A stretch of 19,878 nt of DNA from Candidatus Cloacimonadota bacterium (GTDB taxonomy: Bacteria; Cloacimonadota; Cloacimonadia; Cloacimonadales; WRIO01), in assembly GCA_029564175.1 (NCBI GenBank), contig JAKQQL010000442.1:1-19878 (forward strand), given 5' to 3'. Shown here piece by piece: positions 16,257 to 19,878 of this stretch. Position numbers and translations under genes: made by a program. The notes under the pieces were generated by a model, which searched no databases, was not told where the DNA came from, and saw nothing but the letters and a program-made list of their open reading frames with translations. How positions within the stretch are numbered: the stretch's first letter is position 1; each line of letters opens with the position of its first letter.

Positions 16257-16472
16257 ATGCCACTGATCTTTGCAAAAACGGGGTCAAAAGTAATTATCAG
16301 CCGTATTGATTCCGGTATAGAGTTTAAAAATCGTATGGCTTCTCTGGGTATAGTGCCTGGCACAGAAGTAGAAATCCTTTCACAAACACATTCAGGTCCT
16401 TTCATGATAAAAGTTAAAGAAACCAAGTTGGCAATTGGTCGTGGGGCAGCTTTGAAACTGCATATTGCTTAA
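16257..16472 (+). CDS. feoA: Ferrous iron transport protein A
   Basis: 71 aa with RMASLGIVPGTEVEI...GP..IKVKETKLAIGRG.A. SD GGAGG at 16248-16252. Confidence 0.92.
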   Translation: MPLIFAKTGSKVIISRIDSGIEFKNRMASLGIVPGTEVEILSQTHSGPFMIKVKETKLAIGRGAALKLHIA

Positions 16473-16478
16473 TTTTTT

Positions 16479-16507
16479 TTGCCTGCCTGTTTAGGCAAGC
16501 CTAATAT
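16479..16507 (+). promoter_or_regulatory. Putative internal feoB promoter overlapped by a palindromic DtxR-family operator
   Basis: TTGCCT (16479-16484)-N17-TAATAT (16502-16507). The palindrome TTAGGC-AA-GCCTAA (16491-16504) covers the spacer and part of the -10. Confidence 0.6.
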
Positions 16508-16532
16508 TATTATTCTTAACAAAGGAGAATCA

Positions 16533-18662
16533 ATGAAAAATATAAAAATTGCCTTAGCCGGAAATCCCAATTCAGGCAAGACAACGATATTTAATAATTT
16601 AACTGGTTCCAGACAGCATGTGGGAAACTACCCAGGTGTAACAGTTGAAAAAAAAGAAGGAAAAAGTCTTCATAAAGGTCAAACGATTGATGTGATCGAT
16701 CTACCAGGCACTTATAGTCTGACAGCCTATTCAATTGAAGAGAAAGTCGCACGACAGGTGATTATAGAAGAGAAACCGGATTACATTGTCAATATAGTTG
16801 ATATATCCAATCTGGAAAGAAACTTGTATCTTACCATTCAGTTGAAGGAGTTAGGTGTTCCGCTGATCATTGTATTCAATATGTGGGATATCGCCCAGTC
16901 AAAAGGTATGGAAATTAATATCCCGCTTTTTTCAAAATTGATTCAGGCACCCATTGTTAAAATGGTTGGATTTAAGAATAAAGGGACAGAAGAACTGCTT
17001 GATTTGATTCTTTCTCCTGATGTTAACACTTTTAATTCTTATCCTTTAACCATGGATACTAAACTGGAATCATATATAACCGATATTCAAACAGTTCTGG
17101 GCAACAAAAATACCTTTACCCGTTGGCAGGCCATAAAACTGCTTGAAGGAGATACTGATGTTCGTGAATCGATTAAAAATCAGGAGATTCTCAACAAAAC
17201 AGACAAGATAATTGATTCACTTAATAAGAAAATTGATGACGGTTCTGAAACCTTAGTTGCTGAACAGCGCTATGGGTTAATCTCCGGAATTTGTCATCAG
17301 TGTGTCCGCTCCAGTATTGAGTCAAGAGTATCTATTTCTGATCGGATTGATTCAATTGTTACGCACAAAGTCATTGGCATCCCTTTGTTCTTGGGATTAA
17401 TGTATCTGGTGTTTCAATTAACATTTACTCTGGGCGACCCGTTAATGGGCTGGATAGAATCGTTTTTTGAATTTCTGTCAGGTAGCATCGACAAATTTAT
17501 ATTTTCCGGTCAGGAGAGTATTTTGCGTTCTTTGGTTTTAGATGGTATTATCGGCGGTGTTGGAGGTGTACTGGTCTTTTTACCGAACATCCTCTTACTC
17601 TTTTTAGCACTTTCTGTTCTGGAAGATACGGGATACATGGCAAGAGCTTCTTTCATTATGGATAAAATGATGAATAAGATCGGTCTTCATGGCAAAAGTT
17701 TTATCCCCATGATTATTGGTTTTGGTTGTACAGTGCCGGCAATTATGGCAACCCGGACACTTGAGAGTAAACGGGACAGACTTGCGACAATCCTGGTAAC
17801 CCCATTAGTCAGCTGTAGTGCCAGAATGCCTATTTATGCATTGATAATCCCTGCCTTCTTTCCTAAATCTCTCAATGCACCAATTCTTTGGGCGATTTAC
17901 ATGATTGGTATCTTATTGGCAATTGTATTGGCAAAGATTCTTCGTTCTACTGTGTTTAAAGGAGAAGCAGTTCCTTTTGTGATGGAGCTCCCTCCTTATC
18001 GAATTCCAACCCTTAAAAGTATCTTTATCCATATGTGGGACAGAGGTGGTCTCTATCTCAAAAAAGCAGGAACCATTATACTCGGCATTTCCATTCTCTT
18101 ATGGTTTTTAACCACTTTCCCTCAAAAACAAATTCTTGATAAAGATTATGAACTACTTAAAGAACAGATAAAAACTGAATTTGCTCAATCTGGCAATACA
18201 GATGAATCTGTACTTGAAGAATCAATTTCCGAACTGGAAAATCAACAACAATCAGAAAGAATGGCTTATACGGTTGCAGGCAGAATTGGACATGCCATAG
18301 AACCGGTTTTAAAGCCAATGGGCTTTGATTGGAAAATCGGAACGGCACTGATCGGGGCATTTGCTGCTAAGGAAGTCTTTGTAGCACAAATGGGTATTGT
18401 ATTCTCACTCGGTGAAGCAGATGAGGAATCAGATGCACTCAGACAACAGCTTCGTTCTCAGTACAACCCGCTTATCGCATTTTGTATTATGTTATTCTGT
18501 CTGATCAGCGCCCCTTGTATGGCAACCATAGCCGTTACCAAACGGGAAACCAACTCATGGAAATGGGCATTGATTCAGCTGGGAGGATTAACCCTCTTAG
18601 CCTGGTTGATTACCACATTTGTCTATCAGGCAGGTGTATTACTTAACATAGGACTAATATAG
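16533..18662 (+). CDS. feoB: Ferrous iron transport protein B
   Basis: G1 GNPNSGKT, G2 NYPGVTVE, G3 DLPGTYS, G4 NMWD. Membrane-domain motifs LEDTGYMAR, GFGCTVPA, SCSAR, FVMELPPY, AAKEV, APC. The start is most likely ATG 16533 after SD AAGGAG (16522-16527), not TTG 16479. Confidence 0.97.
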   Translation: MKNIKIALAGNPNSGKTTIFNNLTGSRQHVGNYPGVTVEKKEGKSLHKGQTIDVIDLPGTYSLTAYSIEEKVARQVIIEEKPDYIVNIVDISNLERNLYLTIQLKELGVPLIIVFNMWDIAQSKGMEINIPLFSKLIQAPIVKMVGFKNKGTEELLDLILSPDVNTFNSYPLTMDTKLESYITDIQTVLGNKNTFTRWQAIKLLEGDTDVRESIKNQEILNKTDKIIDSLNKKIDDGSETLVAEQRYGLISGICHQCVRSSIESRVSISDRIDSIVTHKVIGIPLFLGLMYLVFQLTFTLGDPLMGWIESFFEFLSGSIDKFIFSGQESILRSLVLDGIIGGVGGVLVFLPNILLLFLALSVLEDTGYMARASFIMDKMMNKIGLHGKSFIPMIIGFGCTVPAIMATRTLESKRDRLATILVTPLVSCSARMPIYALIIPAFFPKSLNAPILWAIYMIGILLAIVLAKILRSTVFKGEAVPFVMELPPYRIPTLKSIFIHMWDRGGLYLKKAGTIILGISILLWFLTTFPQKQILDKDYELLKEQIKTEFAQSGNTDESVLEESISELENQQQSERMAYTVAGRIGHAIEPVLKPMGFDWKIGTALIGAFAAKEVFVAQMGIVFSLGEADEESDALRQQLRSQYNPLIAFCIMLFCLISAPCMATIAVTKRETNSWKWALIQLGGLTLLAWLITTFVYQAGVLLNIGLI

Positions 18663-18671
18663 GAGGTAATC

Positions 18672-18851
18672 ATGTTAGATCTTATTTTAGTGATCGTGAT
18701 AGTTGCTTTGGCAGCCTGGTATGTATTCCGTTCGTTTATAAAAAGTACTAAATCCGACAATAATTGTGGCGGGTCATGTGGGCACAGTTGCTCATCTTGT
18801 CCATCTGCAAAAATGATGATTGATATAGAAAAGAAAGTCAAATCTGATTAG
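18672..18851 (+). CDS. FeoB-associated Cys-rich small membrane protein (59 aa; not in the ORF track)
   Basis: SD AGGAGGT at 18661-18667. Translation: MLDLILVIVIVALAAWYVFRSFIKSTKSDNNCGGSCGHSCSSCPSAKMMIDIEKKVKSD*, i.e. one TM helix followed by CxxxCxxxCxxC. Confidence 0.9.
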   Translation: MLDLILVIVIVALAAWYVFRSFIKSTKSDNNCGGSCGHSCSSCPSAKMMIDIEKKVKSD

Positions 18852-18868
18852 CTCATCTTAATCGCTAA

Positions 18869-18915
18869 AAGTGCAGGCATTCTATCTCCCTCCCTAAACG
18901 CCTGCACTTATTTTT
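18869..18915 (+). terminator. Rho-independent terminator of the feo operon with a large C-rich loop
   Basis: AAGTGCAGGC (18869-18878) and GCCTGCACTT (18900-18909) form a perfect 10-bp stem followed by ATTTTT. Confidence 0.75.
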
Positions 18916-18995
18916 ATGTCAATTTCAGTTTATACTTGACGAATCAGGCAGGCATATTCGATTGTTTTAAAAAAGTATAATGAAGGATAATGAAA

Positions 18996-19568
18996 ATGAA
19001 GTTATTACAAGATTTAATCATAGAAAAAGGCAAAGTCATCAATGAAAGTATTTTAAAAGTGGACAGTTTTTTAAATCATCAGATTGACCCCATGTTAATG
19101 AGTGAAATTGGCAAAGCATTTTTTGAGCATTTTCATAAACATAATGTAACTAAAATATTAACCATTGAAGCTTCCGGAATTGCTGTCGCTGTCATGGCCG
19201 GTTTTTATCTGCAAGTACCTGTAATATTTGGGAAAAAACAAAAGCCATCGACATTTTCAGAACACTTTTATAAAAAGATGGTAACTTCTTTTACTAAAAA
19301 TGTGGACTATGAAGTATGTGTATCAAAAGAATTCTTGCATCCATGTGACCGAATATTAATTATAGACGATTTTCTTGCACATGGAAATGCGCTTAAAGCC
19401 TTGTATGATATCACCATCGAATCTGGCGCAGAAGTTGTTGGAGCAGGTATCGTCATAGAGAAAGCATTCCAAAAAGCACGTCAAAATTTAGAAGGATTAA
19501 ATCTCGATATTTTTTCATTGGCAATTATAAATTCTCTAAAACATAATCAGGTAGAATTCCTTAAATAA
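18996..19568 (+). CDS. xpt: Xanthine phosphoribosyltransferase
   Basis: ILKVDSFLNHQIDP, TKILTIEASGIA, SFTK, PRPP-binding LIIDDFLAHGNA, GIVIEKAFQ. ATG 18996 has better spacing to AAGGA (18983-18987) than ATG 18990. Confidence 0.95.
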   Translation: MKLLQDLIIEKGKVINESILKVDSFLNHQIDPMLMSEIGKAFFEHFHKHNVTKILTIEASGIAVAVMAGFYLQVPVIFGKKQKPSTFSEHFYKKMVTSFTKNVDYEVCVSKEFLHPCDRILIIDDFLAHGNALKALYDITIESGAEVVGAGIVIEKAFQKARQNLEGLNLDIFSLAIINSLKHNQVEFLK

Positions 19569-19781
19569 TAAATTATATATTCGTAACATTTTTGATAAGG
19601 AAGGTATAAGGATAGAATAAGGAAACTAAGTTATATTTTTAAAAAAATGTATGAGTTTTCTGCCATTTATCTGAGTTATTTTATTGTATATTTATCGATT
19701 GAAATAGACTATGGATTTCTCATTTATTTCTGCATACTTGATAACATCTCAAAAGTTGGTGTAAAAAGATAAAAAAAAAGG

Positions 19782-19810
19782 TTGATCCAGATCCAACTCT
19801 TTGTTTTATT
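19782..19810 (+). promoter_or_regulatory. Possible promoter for the next gene
   Basis: TTGATC (19782-19787)-N17-TTTATT (19805-19810), with TG at 19802-19803. Confidence 0.3.
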
Positions 19811-19843
19811 GAATTTGAAAATAAAAAAGACAAGGAGTAGATC

Positions 19844-19878
19844 ATGAATCAACCAAAGACAAAGAAAAATGAGCCAAT
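19844..19878 (+). CDS. 5' start of a CDS running off the right edge (MNQPKTKKNEP...)
   Basis: SD AAGGAG (19832-19837), ATG at 19844, and the frame is open to the window end. Confidence 0.6.
   Translation, partial: MNQPKTKKNEP

Noticed and set aside
16479..16532. 18-aa N-terminal extension of FeoB from TTG 16479
   Set aside because: The SD and the FeoB family N-terminus point to ATG 16533, and this stretch holds the promoter/operator candidate.
15011..18841. ORFs 15011-15235 (+), 16115-16426 (-), 18157-18360 (-) and 18626-18841 (-)
   Set aside because: They are antisense to mscS or the feo genes. The real gene at about 18.7 kb is the + strand 18672-18851 ORF.
16480..18954. 10-bp inverted repeat TGCCTGCCTG (16480-16489) / CAGGCAGGCA (18945-18954) flanking feoB, as a possible invertible or mobile segment
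   Set aside because: A match this short is expected by chance in 20 kb, and there is no recombinase or target duplication in the window.
1..19878. CRISPR array, tRNA/rRNA, prophage or anti-phage defence operon
   Set aside because: No repeat-spacer periodicity, structural RNA signatures, or phage, integrase or known defence domains were recognised.

Overview
AT-rich bacterial window with about 14 complete genes and two partial CDSs at the edges. The lineage is probably Cloacimonadota or another FCB-group anaerobe; this is inferred only from the YPNPFNP...IFN[IV]KGQ type IX secretion (T9SS)/FlgD-type C-terminal domains. Order on the + strand: end of an upstream CDS; a four-gene overlapping operon (M48 peptidase-TerB fusion, DMT/EamA transporter, PorV/PorQ/FadL-like beta-barrel, BatA-VWA membrane protein); an orphan soluble hybrid histidine kinase; and two secreted T9SS-type cargo proteins (M14 carboxypeptidase-like and C25 gingipain-like). 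A bidirectional terminator follows, then mscS on the - strand. Divergent from mscS are a ferrous-iron uptake operon (DtxR-FeoA fusion, feoA, feoB, and a 59-aa Cys-rich protein missing from the ORF track) and xpt. Main observations: (1) both secreted 'proteases' have intact frames but lack key catalytic residues, suggesting a pseudoprotease pair. (2) The feo operon has two related TTAG-N6-CTAA palindromes, one overlapping an internal feoB promoter. (3) The repressor has a four-Cys linker and an internal SD+ATG in front of its FeoA domain. (4) The operon ends in a hairpin with a C-rich, anti-SD-like loop. All family assignments come from motif recognition by eye; no searches were run.
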